A program made the translations under genes and the position numbers. The notes beneath the pieces were generated by a model. The model saw nothing but the letters and a program-made list of their open reading frames with translations. It was not told the origin of the DNA and ran no database searches. This document shows positions 12,022 to 24,700 of a stretch of 64,000 nucleotides of DNA, one piece after another (position 1 is the stretch's first letter; each line of letters opens with the position of its first letter). Source of the stretch: Eledone cirrhosa (taxonomy: Eukaryota); contig OZ024750.1 in NCBI GenBank assembly GCA_964016885.1, positions 11,842,001 to 11,906,000 of the forward strand, read 5' to 3'.

Positions 12022-15000
12022 GTAAGACATTTTTTGTTATATTTCCAACTATTCTGTCTGTAGTTTCTCTGTACCTGTCTCAGCATTTCTTTGTTTTTCT
12101 TCCAATTAATAGTTACTATTTAAAAACGTCTGTCTGTATTATTTTAAAATATTAAAGGTTCAATGATCAATATATTTAATGTCTGTTTTACTCGTCATTT
12201 AACCCTTTAGTTGCCAAAACCAGCTCTGGTTCTATGATATAAAGCCACCCATTTTAAAGGTTTCCAATTTAAATTAAAATCTTCGAATATAATTTTATAT
12301 AAGAACCTTACATTAAGTTACTATCTTAGTAATGAAATAATTAATAATTTTAGTTAATCCCTCAAAATTCTTCATTAATTAATTAAAATAGAGTATATTT
12401 CATTAGAAATACATTCATGAAAGGGTTAATTAGTAAATTGGTTATAAAGACTTATCAGATAGGCTTGAAAAATACAGCCACATGTAAACATTTTAACAGG
12501 AAAATATAGATAAACCACTGCTGATGTTAATTAGGGTGTTGGTGGGGGTATGATCAAAATAATTGCATGAACATGTAAATAAATTATTATTATTTAGGGG
12601 CCAAGGGCAGTGAATTGGCAGTATCGGTAGAACATCAGACAACATGCATCGCAGCATAGAATTACAACCCTTTTATATTCTGATTTCAAATCCTGTCAAG
12701 GTTGATAAAATAAAGTACCAATAACACACTGGAGTCGAGCTAATCGATTTTCCCCTTCCCTAAAATTGTTGGCCTTGTGCCTAAACCTGATTAAATGGCA
12801 AAAACTGTGAAATGTTGAAATATTGTAGTGAGGTACATAGTTATGTCCCTTTTCTTTCTCAGTTAAAATCTGACTGGAATTGATTTTACATTTTATCATT
12901 CTTAAGTATTTCACTTTATTTCATGTTACTCTTTCTGTCTGGACTTGCGCTTGGTTGATAGTATCAGCAATGGAAAGACTAACGGAAACATTGTTTCCTC
13001 GGTCCGATTTAACACAGTCTGGGGTCTTGTCTGTCAATTAAATCGATCAGAAAGCATGTGTTATTTGGAAGATAAATTTTATTAAATCAGTATACTCTTT
13101 AAAATTTGAATTACATCTCACTGATCAGTTTTCCAAAAGTTGAACTGTAAAAGCTGTAAAGATTATGGAGTTGATTGGAGTTTCATTAACTGTGGTCTAA
13201 TTACAATCAAGTAATTGTAGTTTTTCCTCTTACATTCGAAATCTATTAGTGTAAACTGCTGTTTACTTAGATTTGCTGTAAATTACATATATACGTACTG
13301 GTTAGTGGTCAAGTGTTGACTACATATATACAGGCTGGCTAGTGGTCATGTGTTGACTACATATATACAGGCTGGCTAGTGGTCAAGTGTTGACTACATA
13401 TATACAGGCTGGCTAGTGGTCAAGTGTTGACTACATATATACAGGCTGGCTAGTGGTCAAGTGTTGACTACATATATACAGGCTGGCTAGTGGTCAAGTG
13501 TTGACTACATATATACAGGCTGGCTAGTGGTCAAGTGTTGACTACATATATACAGGCTGGCTACTGGTCAAGTGTTGACTACATATATACAGGCTGGCTA
13601 CTGGTCAAGTGTTGACTACATATATACAGGCTGGCTACTGGTCAAGTGTTGACTACATATATACAGGCTGGCTAGTGGTCAAGTGTTGACTACATATATA
13701 CAGGCTGGCTAGTGGTCAAGTGTTGACTACATATATACAGGCTGGCTAGTGGTCAAGTGTTGACTACATATATACAGGCTGGCTAGTGGTCAAGTGTTGA
13801 CTACATATATACAGGCTGGCTAGTGGTCAAGTGTTGGTTACACATTCTCCTAGCTGTATGTGAACGATATGTCCTTCATTTCTTTCATACTTTTAATCCT
13901 GAACCACCTGAAACTCTCTGGTTCTATGGTTAAAAAGTTTTGTTTTAAAGCATTTATATTTATCTAAAAACCTTCTGTCATAATTTTGTGTAAGAACCTT
14001 TGTTAAATTATATCCCAAGCCCCATCTTAATGAGAAAGTTAGTTGTTATATTACTAAATCGCTTCAAATTCTTGATTATTTTCAATGTCATAGGCCAAGC
14101 TAATCCAACATATGTGCAAGATCATCATCATCATCATCATCATTTTACGTTCGCTTTTCCCTGCTTGCAAGGGTGGGACGGGAACTGATTCTGGCTTGAT
14201 TTCTACAGCTGGATGCCCTTCCTAACACAAACCTCATTTACAGTGAGTGCTGGGTGCTTTTTTGCCGTGGCACCTCCACGACCACTTTGCAGTGGAATGA
14301 TATGGACCCCAGTCCCTATCATCTCATTTCTACAGCTGAGTAAACTGGAGCAATGTGAAATAAAGTGTCTTGCTCAAGGAAACAACCTTTCGATTGCAAG
14401 GCCAATGCTCTAACCACTAAGCCATGTGTCTTCATAGATGTAAATATAATTTCCATTAACTGTTGGGTGAAATTTAACTAGCACCAAATTTATACACACA
14501 TATCTGGACAGTATATATATATTTAGATTTCAGTCACATCTCCCAGATGTTTCATTTTATAGATACAAATATAAAATCATTCCAAAGTCAAAAATAAAAA
14601 AAATAATAATAATAAAGCTAAGATACTTCTGATCCCAGACTTTTCTTGATTTCTTGTAAAGGATTATAAACTGTAAAAATAAATAGTAAAAGACTAAATT
14701 GTTCTTCAGTTTAAAATAAATCCATTATTAAGTCATTAAATAGTGTTGATTAAAGACTTAATTAATCCTGTTGTGTTAATTAAGTGGTTGTATTTCGTGA
14801 TATTTAGTGAAACTGGTCTATTCTATTAATGATGGTAATTAGTTGAGTATCTTCTAAAGAAAACATTCTCCTTTCTATCGTAAACACGACATCGTAAATG
14901 TTATTCTTCCATTTAAACCAATGTCACACACGTAAGAGTATAAACTGCCATAATTACCTCGTAGTTTCAGAGTAGTCTCCCTTCGAACGTATAAATCTTC

Positions 15001-15800
15001 AGAATTTGGTAAATATTGACGTGTGAATCGAAACTATTTCTGTTAAGGCAGCAGTAGACGGCAGAACGAAGAAAGAGATATTAAACAATGATTACATTGC
15101 CTTGCGTTATTACGTTGCTTCCCCTCTCGTTTTAAGTTTAAATCTCACCAGAGTAAACGTTCCTTTTCATCCTCTGGGGTTGATAAAAAATATGTACTCG
15201 TTACACACTGGTGTTGATTATATTTGTTATCATGGGCTTAGAAATCATTTAAAAAGTATTTTGAGAGCTGTGAACTCTCATAGAAACAAGTATACGTTTT
15301 GGAAGAACTCCAAGATACTTTTTGCAGTTCGAGTGTGTGTATGTGTGCGTGTATATATATATATATATATATAGGTTCCCAAGTAGTGTTGGTGTGTAAG
15401 CACTGTTAAAAGAGGTTCTCAATACATTGATAGAGTATAGGCATCTTTATTATATATAGAAATGACTTCTACAGTACTAGAACTGTTTTATTTGTATGAA
15501 ATCAACAGGAAAAATTTCATATGAATGAAATGAAATAGTTCTAGTCCTATAGAAGTAATACACACACAACACACACAATATATATATATATATATACCCG
15601 TAAGTGGTTGATGGCTGAGAGAAAAGAGTACTCAATACAGAAGTAGAGTTTTAATATTCATTTTATTTTGGCTAAATAGTGAGGCTTGTTATTCTGGAGT
15701 TTTGCCTGACAAGAACTGTCTAATGACCTTGTAATAAACAGGCACAACTCCAGAGTAACAAGACTCACTATTTAGCCTTGATAAAATTATTTATATACAT

Positions 15801-15835
<35 letters not shown>

Positions 15836-18800
15836 ACACAAATGTTTCTGTCTCCAGGGTTTATATATCGAAATTATTAAACTGTTTCGTAGCTGAACTA
15901 TACCACCTAGACTGGAGTGTAGAGTCTGTCACTCACAGCTGAGATATACAATCTAGGCTGGTGCATGAAGTCAGTCACCCATGGCTGAGGTAGAGAGTCT
16001 GTCACACTCTCTCCCTTTTCCTTACTTTTGCTATTTAATCACAATTCCTTTTATTCTCTTCCTTTTTCTTCATTTAGTCACTATCCAATATCTTTTCTGA
16101 TGCTGATATTTTTAGGTTATTCTAAACCAGACATAGGCAACCCTTTACGAGCAGTAGGCCGCATGGTTCATCAAGGCAATTTTGAAATTAGGCATACCAT
16201 TCAGAAAGCCAAACGAGTCTCATGCAACTCGAGGGCTGCAGTTTGCCCATGACTGTTCTAAAGGACTCATGATGTGTTCTTCGTTCTTGTCTTGTATCAC
16301 ATATTCCAGTCTGATATACTGTTGGGAGAAAACTTGGATTACTCTCAGGTCCATGGAGCCTCTTAGAAAGTCTGTATATTGACGTTGTCATCTTGTCAAA
16401 TATTTGGTTTTACATGTGCAACATTTTAGACAATAACATTAATTCATTCCTGGTTTTGATTTAACTTAAGTTAGGTCTCCTGAATATTATTTAGAATTTT
16501 AAATGCTGTATAATATACAGAAAAGTGAGAGATTGTCAACCTTCCCAGTCAACCATATTTGAACATTTAAAGGAGGAGGAGTTTTATAAAATTGTTTTCT
16601 GATGTGGGGCAGTGTTCAGTATGTCAGAGATTTCAGTTTGAGCTTTCAATATAGATATTGGTGTTGTGGTGTCTTTGAATATAGATATTGGTAGTGGTTA
16701 GTTGTCCTTCATGGTGGCGTGTTGTGTTTCAATATAGATATTGGTGGTGGTGTTGTGTCGTCTCTCAATATAGATATTGGTGGTGGAGGTGGATTGTCTT
16801 TCATGGTAGTATGTTGTCTATCATGGTAGTGGTGGTGTATTGTCTATCAATATGGATATTGATGGTGGTGTGTTGTCTCTCAATATAGATATTGGTGGTG
16901 AGGGTGTGTTGTCTTTGAATATAGATATTGGTGGTGGTGTGTTTTCTATTGATATAGATATTGGTCGTGGTGGTGGTGATGGTGTCTTTCATGGTGGTGT
17001 GTTGTCTTTCAATGATGATAATTTCAATATTTTATCTATTTCTAATCTAATATAGTTTTAAATCAATTGCAAATTGAAAGGGTCGTCTATTAAAGTTGTG
17101 TTCCTCTTAGACAAAATAGTTGAGTGTAGATAAGATATTGACTTATGAATCGTGGCTTCTAATCAACATGTTACTGTTTAAGACTTTACATTCCATCTCA
17201 ATTAACTCTGTATAAAAAGATATCTAGCTTCCACGGGGGTTGGGGTAATATATTAACACTATATTAGCATCTTCACCAGGATTAGAATTATCTTTCATCC
17301 ATTTAATGTTATGGAAAATGGAGTTAATTGCCAGCTCTATGGATCTCTTTGATTCACAAAAGGATAATCTTTTTTTTTTTTCTCGTCTCTTGTTTCCATT
17401 TCACTCCCACCCCACCACACCCCTCTGCCTCTCCTCAATCTCACCTCACCCACCACCCATTACCTTACCTGCCATTACCTGTTAACAGAGATAGATTCTT
17501 TAAAATATATTTGGAAAATTATTTTGGCTAATGGAAATGATTTTAGGAGATAACCTCTTTAAAAAAACCAACAAAATCAAAAGTATCTTTGTAGTTTTCC
17601 ATTATTTAAAGAAAAAAAAAGAGTTGGTTGTTGAGGTATTTATATTAATACTGATATTTTCCTTCACTTCACAATTTCATTGAAAAAAAGAAAAATCAAC
17701 CAAAATCTTCTCTGAGGAATCATTTAATATATTTTCTGACACTCTTCATCAAATATTCTTCCTTTTATTAATACCTGTTAAGCAACATATCACTTCCTGC
17801 CATTAATGACTGCAGTCAGCACAAACACTTCTTAGAAATGACTAAACATTTTCACTCTATCCTATAATCTCCCCAAACTCTCACTCTCCCCACACTCTTC
17901 CTCTCCCCACACTCTTCCTCTCCCCCACACTCTTCCTCTCCCCACACTCTTCCTCTCCCCACACTCTTCCTCTCCCCACACTCTTCCTCTCCCCACACTC
18001 TCCCTCTCCCCACACTCTCCCTCTCCCCACACTCCCTCTCCCTCTCCCCACACTCCCTCTCCCTCTCCCCACACTCCCTCTCCCTCTCCCCACACTCCCT
18101 CTCCCTCTCTCCACACTGCCTCTCCCTCTCTCCACACTCTCCCTCTCCCCACACTCTCCCTCTCCCCACACTCTCCCTCTCCCCACACTCTCCCTCTCCC
18201 CACACTCTCCCTCTCCCCACACTCTCCCTCTCCCCACACTCTCCCTCTCCCCACACTCTCCCTCTCCCCACACTCTCCCACTCCCCACACTCTCCCTCTC
18301 CCCACACTCTCCCTCTCCCCACACTCTCCCTCTCCCCACACTCTCCCTCTCCCCACACTCTCCCTCTCCCCACACTCTCCCTCTCCCCACACTCTCCCTC
18401 TCCCCACACTCTTCCTCTCCCCACACTCTTCCTCTCCCCACACTCTTCCTCTCCCCACACTCTTCCTCTCCCCACACTCTTCCTCTCCCCACACTCTTCC
18501 TCTCCCCACACTCTTCCTTCTCCCACTCTCCTTCTCCCACACTCTCCTTCTCCCACACTCTCCTTCTCCCACACTCTCCTTCTCCCACACTCTCCTTCTC
18601 CCACACTCTCCTTCTCCCTCACTCTCCTTCTCCCTCACTCTCCTTCTCTCTCACTCTCCTTCTCTCCTTCTCTCACTCTCCTTCTCTCACTCTCCTTCTC
18701 TCCTTCTCTCACTCTCCTTCTCTCCTTCTCTCACACTCTCCCACTCTCCTTCTCTCACACTCTCCCACTCTCCTCTCACACTCTCCCACTCTCCTTCCCC

Positions 18801-21682
18801 CACACTCCTCTCACACTCTCTATTTATTGGAGATTTTCTTCATATTTTCTCTTTCCCAAATCTTACTCAGGTTCTATATTTGATATTATCCCATCTTTAT
18901 GAAAGGAAAACTGTTTTTGTCGGTTCAAGAATCTCACTTTCTACTAATCAGGTTTTACAGGTGTTATTTTTATCTTGCATTCATCCATTTCACACATAAA
19001 TATACACGCAGGCACTCACACACATTATTTTATTCTTTTACTGGTTTCAGTTATTAGACTGTGGCCATGCTGGGGCACCACCTTGAAAGAATTTAGTCCG
19101 TCAAATTGACCCACAGTATTCATTTTTTCAAGTCTGTTACTTGTTTTTTTAAGACACATACATATATATCTAAGGTAATAATACACACATGTGCATATAT
19201 AATTAATGTAATAATACATACTGCGTATCTGTATCAATATATTTATTTTCTGTGCATAACCTTTTATAAAAATCCATGTAGGTCTTTATCTCCTCTTTTT
19301 CACTCTTATGACCTTTATGTTACCTCCAGTTTATGTTTTGAGCTCAACAAAACAAGGATGTATACTGGGGTACTGAAAAGTCCCTGGCTTTGGGTAAAAG
19401 AAAATACAGGAGGATCAGTTAATTATAACTTTATTCAAGATATTTCCCTCTCTGATTCACACACTTATTGCAGCAGTCCTACTTCAGCTGTACCCTTTTG
19501 TGATACCCTTTAAGCCAGGAACTTTTCAGCACTCCGGTATGCTATATCAACGTGCTTTTGTTGTTTGATAGTATGTGTATAAGTTTAACTACCATAAGGT
19601 TGTATTGGTTACATTGGAACTTGGAAGATTCCTCTTAAACCCAGTTTTTCTCATTTGTGTGCTGTTGTTTGTATACACTAGCATAACATTCAGAGAAGCA
19701 TGTTCTTAGCATCTTCTCCACATTCTTCACATTCAATGCCATGTTTCACTACCATTTAACATCACAATTCCATATACACAAGCAACATATACTCTTCAAT
19801 TGGAGAGAGAGAAATATTGTTACCAGCAGAGGTAATAACTCCATAAACTTTTTTCCACCCCATTCTTACTCTGGTTATGATGTTTATAGAGTACCCCTCC
19901 ACCTCCACCACTAATTAGGTCACTTAGATAACTGAAGCTATCAACTGTTTTTATAGAACCTACGGAACATTTGAAGAATTTATTTCATGGGTGTTCTTAC
20001 ACCTAAGTAATTCTGTGCATACCAAATTTTCCTTCTTCTGTCAAGCCTACCTATGACCCCACTACATCTCTTGTGTACTCATTCTTTACATTGGGTACAC
20101 CATATATAATCGCTACCTATTCCCGTTCTGCATATCAATCATGGCCACTTCCAAGATGGCAGAGTGGAATCCTATTTTCTTCTCTGCTAACGGAAACTTT
20201 TATTTTTGTAAGATTTACTATAAGGTTTCTCAATTCTTGGCTTTGCTTTCACAATTAAAATTTCTTCTCTAATTCAATAAATTTGTTTACGAGAATTAGA
20301 TAATTAGCATAGAAAACAAGTAATGGATAGTACTAAAGATAGGATTTGGTAACAGAGTGATGGTAGTCAATAATGAGTGACTTAGGAGAGAGAGAATGAG
20401 GGCTAGCAGTAATTGTAGAAGGATAATTATAGGTTTTGAATTCAGACAGATTTGAAATATTATCCTTTGTTACACAGATGCTATGGTACAGTGGATAGTA
20501 AAGAGGGTAATGACGAAGGGATCCCTAACACCAGTACCATTTTAATGTCCAAGTTTTCCATAGATACATGAGTGGATGTTTCTTTTCCAACATGTGTTAC
20601 CAATTGTCACATCAGCCCTTTTGTAATTTTCACGAGGTTCAGCATTTTAAAATCAATCCTCACTACTCCCCCCCCCCCCCCCCATGTTTTCCTAGGGCCC
20701 CTTTTTCCACAGGGGCCTGCACTTTTTTATACAACACACATTCTCCATAAACATCACATGTCCATACCAGCACAGTCTTCTCTCTTGAATACTACATTTA
20801 ATTCCTCTTATAGCCAGCTTTTCTCTCAGCTTATTTGTACTACATCATTTCTTCACACTAACATGAAACATCCAGCAGAGCATACTTCCTCCATTTGTTT
20901 CCAACCTTTGTAAATCCTTTGCATTCAAGACCCACTTATCTCTACCACCCAGCATCACACTTTGTACATAAGCATCATACAATCTGCCTTTTTACTCTGT
21001 AGGAGAAACTCTTTTCTACCAGCAGAGCTAGCAACTTCCTGGACTATTACCATTTTGTTTTAACTCTAGTTATCATGCTTTCAGGACACCCACCTCCTCA
21101 GCTAATTAGGACATCTAAGTAACAAAAGCTATCAACTACTTCCAGCAAAACTTCTGAGCATTGGAAGAAATTTGTTACATGTATTTTTACTTCTAACTAG
21201 TCAACATCCTTCAAATGTAAAGTGTACTTTCTTTGTCAGTCTATCTGTAATCCCACTACATCTCTTGTACATCAATATTTGACACTGGGTACATCATATG
21301 GAATATCTCCCTACTATTTTACTTATGCCCATTAATTTCCCTGGTGGTAACATGGTTCTGTCTTCTTTCCTACTTAAAAGACACGACAACCTCTCTAGTG
21401 TTGGTGACACTAGTACCTACTATACTCTGTAAAGGGGTTGGTGATGGGAAATGCAATCAGCCATAGAAAACTGGCCAAACTAAGGGTACAGAAAATTCTT
21501 CAGTCATGTCAAAGACGTGACAAACTCCCTAGTGCTGGTGCTTCAATAAAATGCATTCTGTAAAGGGTGAGGACATAAACAAAATGTGGCCCCCAGCCTG
21601 TCTAAGTGGTCTGTGGCTCTGATTAACTATTGACATGGTCTGTGACAGCTTGTGATGATGATGATGTATATCTATATATATA

Positions 21683-21721
<39 letters not shown>

Positions 21722-24700
21722 GTACAAAGAGTACAGATTTTTGACAGTGTACAATTTTTTTTGTATATTGATATTGTCATTATATATAAGTATGTGTACG
21801 AGCGAGACATGGTCTCCCGACCAATCTCGCCTCACGTGGGACAAAACCGTCCAACCCATGCTAGCATGGAAGATGGACGTTAAACGATGATGATGATATA
21901 TATATATATATAGTGAACAGTGGAACTGGAAAACAAAAAAAATATGTATGCGTGCATATGTGTGTATAAATATATAAATATATATACACACACAAACATA
22001 TGATGGTGATGATGATGATAGTAATGATATATAAAATATCTAAGGGAAGAAACAGAGTATCCCATCTCTCCTCCTTTCACAGAAGGAAATCAATAAGAAT
22101 TTCAAATATGAGTTTGATTTCTTGATTATCTGGAAAGTTAATAGGAACAACAGATTCCTGAATTTGTGAATGTGTTAGTAATAATTCAGCACAGCTTCCA
22201 ATTCCACTGCTATTACTACTACTGCTACTACTACAGCTACTACTACCGCTACTATTACTGCTACTGCTGCCAGCTGCAACATCAGTACTGGCTTCCTACT
22301 AGCTTCAGTGTTGCTTTAACCACCTTTTTCGGCTTCCATACCAATAGTTGCAGTATGGCAATGGCTCTAGCAGTCAGTGGTTGTTTTTAAAAGCAACACT
22401 CTGCTTTGGTATTTTTGCTCTCAACAACAGATGCTGATGTTTTCTCAGTTTGGACAGTTACCAACAGGATCACAGATCAACGATTATCTAGTTTACCTTT
22501 GTGGCATTTATTTACTGCTCAAGCATGACAACTGACTTTTAAGTCATTGGATATCGGAGGAGAGAGTAAATATCTTAATAATTCACTTACATCATCAAAC
22601 CAACCAGTTTAAGGTATATAATATATATGTGTATATATATATCTATATATGTGTGTGTGTACATATACATAAACATAAATGTGTTTATATTTTATTGTTA
22701 TTTCTTTTATTCCTGTCTTCTGTAATATTTTGTCTGCTATTAAGTTAATGTTTTCGTTCATGTCATTCAAGTCTTTACCTTTAATTAGAGGTTTTTCTTT
22801 CTTCTTCTGATGTTGTCATATCTTTTAAGGAGTAATTTCTCATTTCAAACCTTAAGAAAATATTAAGAACAGTTGTCCCTTGTAAAGATATGATTGTAGT
22901 AGACATCAGACATAGCTACAATGTTTATCATATGTTTATATATTTTTAAAGCAAACACGAAAAAAACCCCCAAAAACCCCCAAGACCCCCCCCCCCCCCC
23001 CAAAAAAAAGGGGGAAAACAACTCACCCACCTCACTCCAACTCCCAGAAAAAAATTGTTATGTATATATTTTTGTAGAAGCTGTCTTGTAAAATGTTTTG
23101 TTTAAATATCCCAGAAATGAATTTTGTTGTTGTCTCATATGAATGGTGCTCACCTTGCATTTTCTATAGAATTCTTTTTCACACGTACACATTTTTTGTG
23201 TTCTTGTATTTTTGGAACTGTCAGTGAATAATGTTTACCGTAATAGAAATTAAATCATTGAATAATGTTCAGAGGAAGATTTCTGAAGACACATGTAAAT
23301 TTTAAAGTACACAAAAACAGCTGGAATCAGTTTTTCTCTCTTCTTAATCATGTGACTTCCATTATTGGTGTAGGTGTCATAAGTGGAGTGTATCAGGAAG
23401 CTAGTAAAGATATGAATGAAATACATTAACAATGTATGAATGAATGGATTATATCTTAGTGATAATAGTAAACTGGTCTGTGCTAGCTTTAATTACTAAC
23501 TGCTGTCAGTGTCTTTAACTGACAATAACTACATATCTTATCATATCAGTTTTTTTTTATGTTTTAATATTTCCAAAGATTTCATTAATATTTGTGGCAG
23601 AAATACTATTTTTCTGACAGCAACACTGATTTTTTTTTTTTTTTTCTTCTTATGTTACTCCCACTCACTGAATTACTGGTAGGGGGTAAAGTTGATTTCA
23701 CTTCAATATATTACTGGTACTTCCTAAAAGGAAAGAACAGCCATCATTCTGTTGGCCACTTTACCTGTTTGTCGTCTTCATTTTCTCCACCATCCTAGAA
23801 TGAATAAATTAGATAAATACTTAATTAACATTTTATTTTGGTTTTCTTCTTCTCTTTTTTATTAATATTAAGCATCCAGTTTAAATTAGTTGAAGACTAA
23901 TTAAATAAAATATTTTGTAATTAATTACTGATATTTTTTTCTTAGACACAAGGCCATTTTTTTGTTAAGTGGTCATTGGATATGGTGCAATAATTTGATG
24001 CCAGTATATTTCTGGTATTTATGTCATCAATTCTAAAGGAATGAAACATAATAATAAAAATAATAATATAACAAAAAAAGTCAATTCAGATTTTATGAGA
24101 TTTAACCCTTTTATGACAACATTTTTAATGAAATACACTCTATTTTAATTAGTTAATGAAGAATTTGTGGGGATTTACTAAAATTATTAAGTATTTCATT
24201 ACTAAGATAGTAACTTAATGTAAGGTTCTTATATAAAATTATATTAGAAGATTTTAATTTTGGGGGGAAACTTTTAAAATAGGTGGGTTTATTTCATAGA
24301 ATCAGAGCTGGTTTTGGTCAGGTTGGTAACTAAAGGATTAAAATAAGCAGTAGAACTAGGGCTAGTTTTGGTAACTAAAGGGTTAAAGAGAAACATTGGA
24401 ATGCTGATGCAAGTACTGTACACCATTATATACTAGTTGTGTAATCTCAGAACAAACACTACTACTGCTAGTAACTAAAATAAAATAGAATGAGATATAA
24501 TATGTAATAGTACTGAACATTCAATAGAATAGTTGTATCATGTAGTCACAAGACATGTTCACTAGTATTCTTACTAATGGTTACTGTTTGGTACTAAATA
24601 TGTGTTACCTATAGTTCATATTTTATATACTAAGCTGGTAGGTTTTTCTTTGTTGTTATTGTTGTCATGTTTAAAGGTAGAGAGAAACTGTTCACAGGTT

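Noticed and set aside
17852-18638. Three long overlapping minus-strand ORFs (241-258 aa)
   Set aside because: They are translations of an 18-bp minisatellite with no stop codons in those frames; no coding signature.
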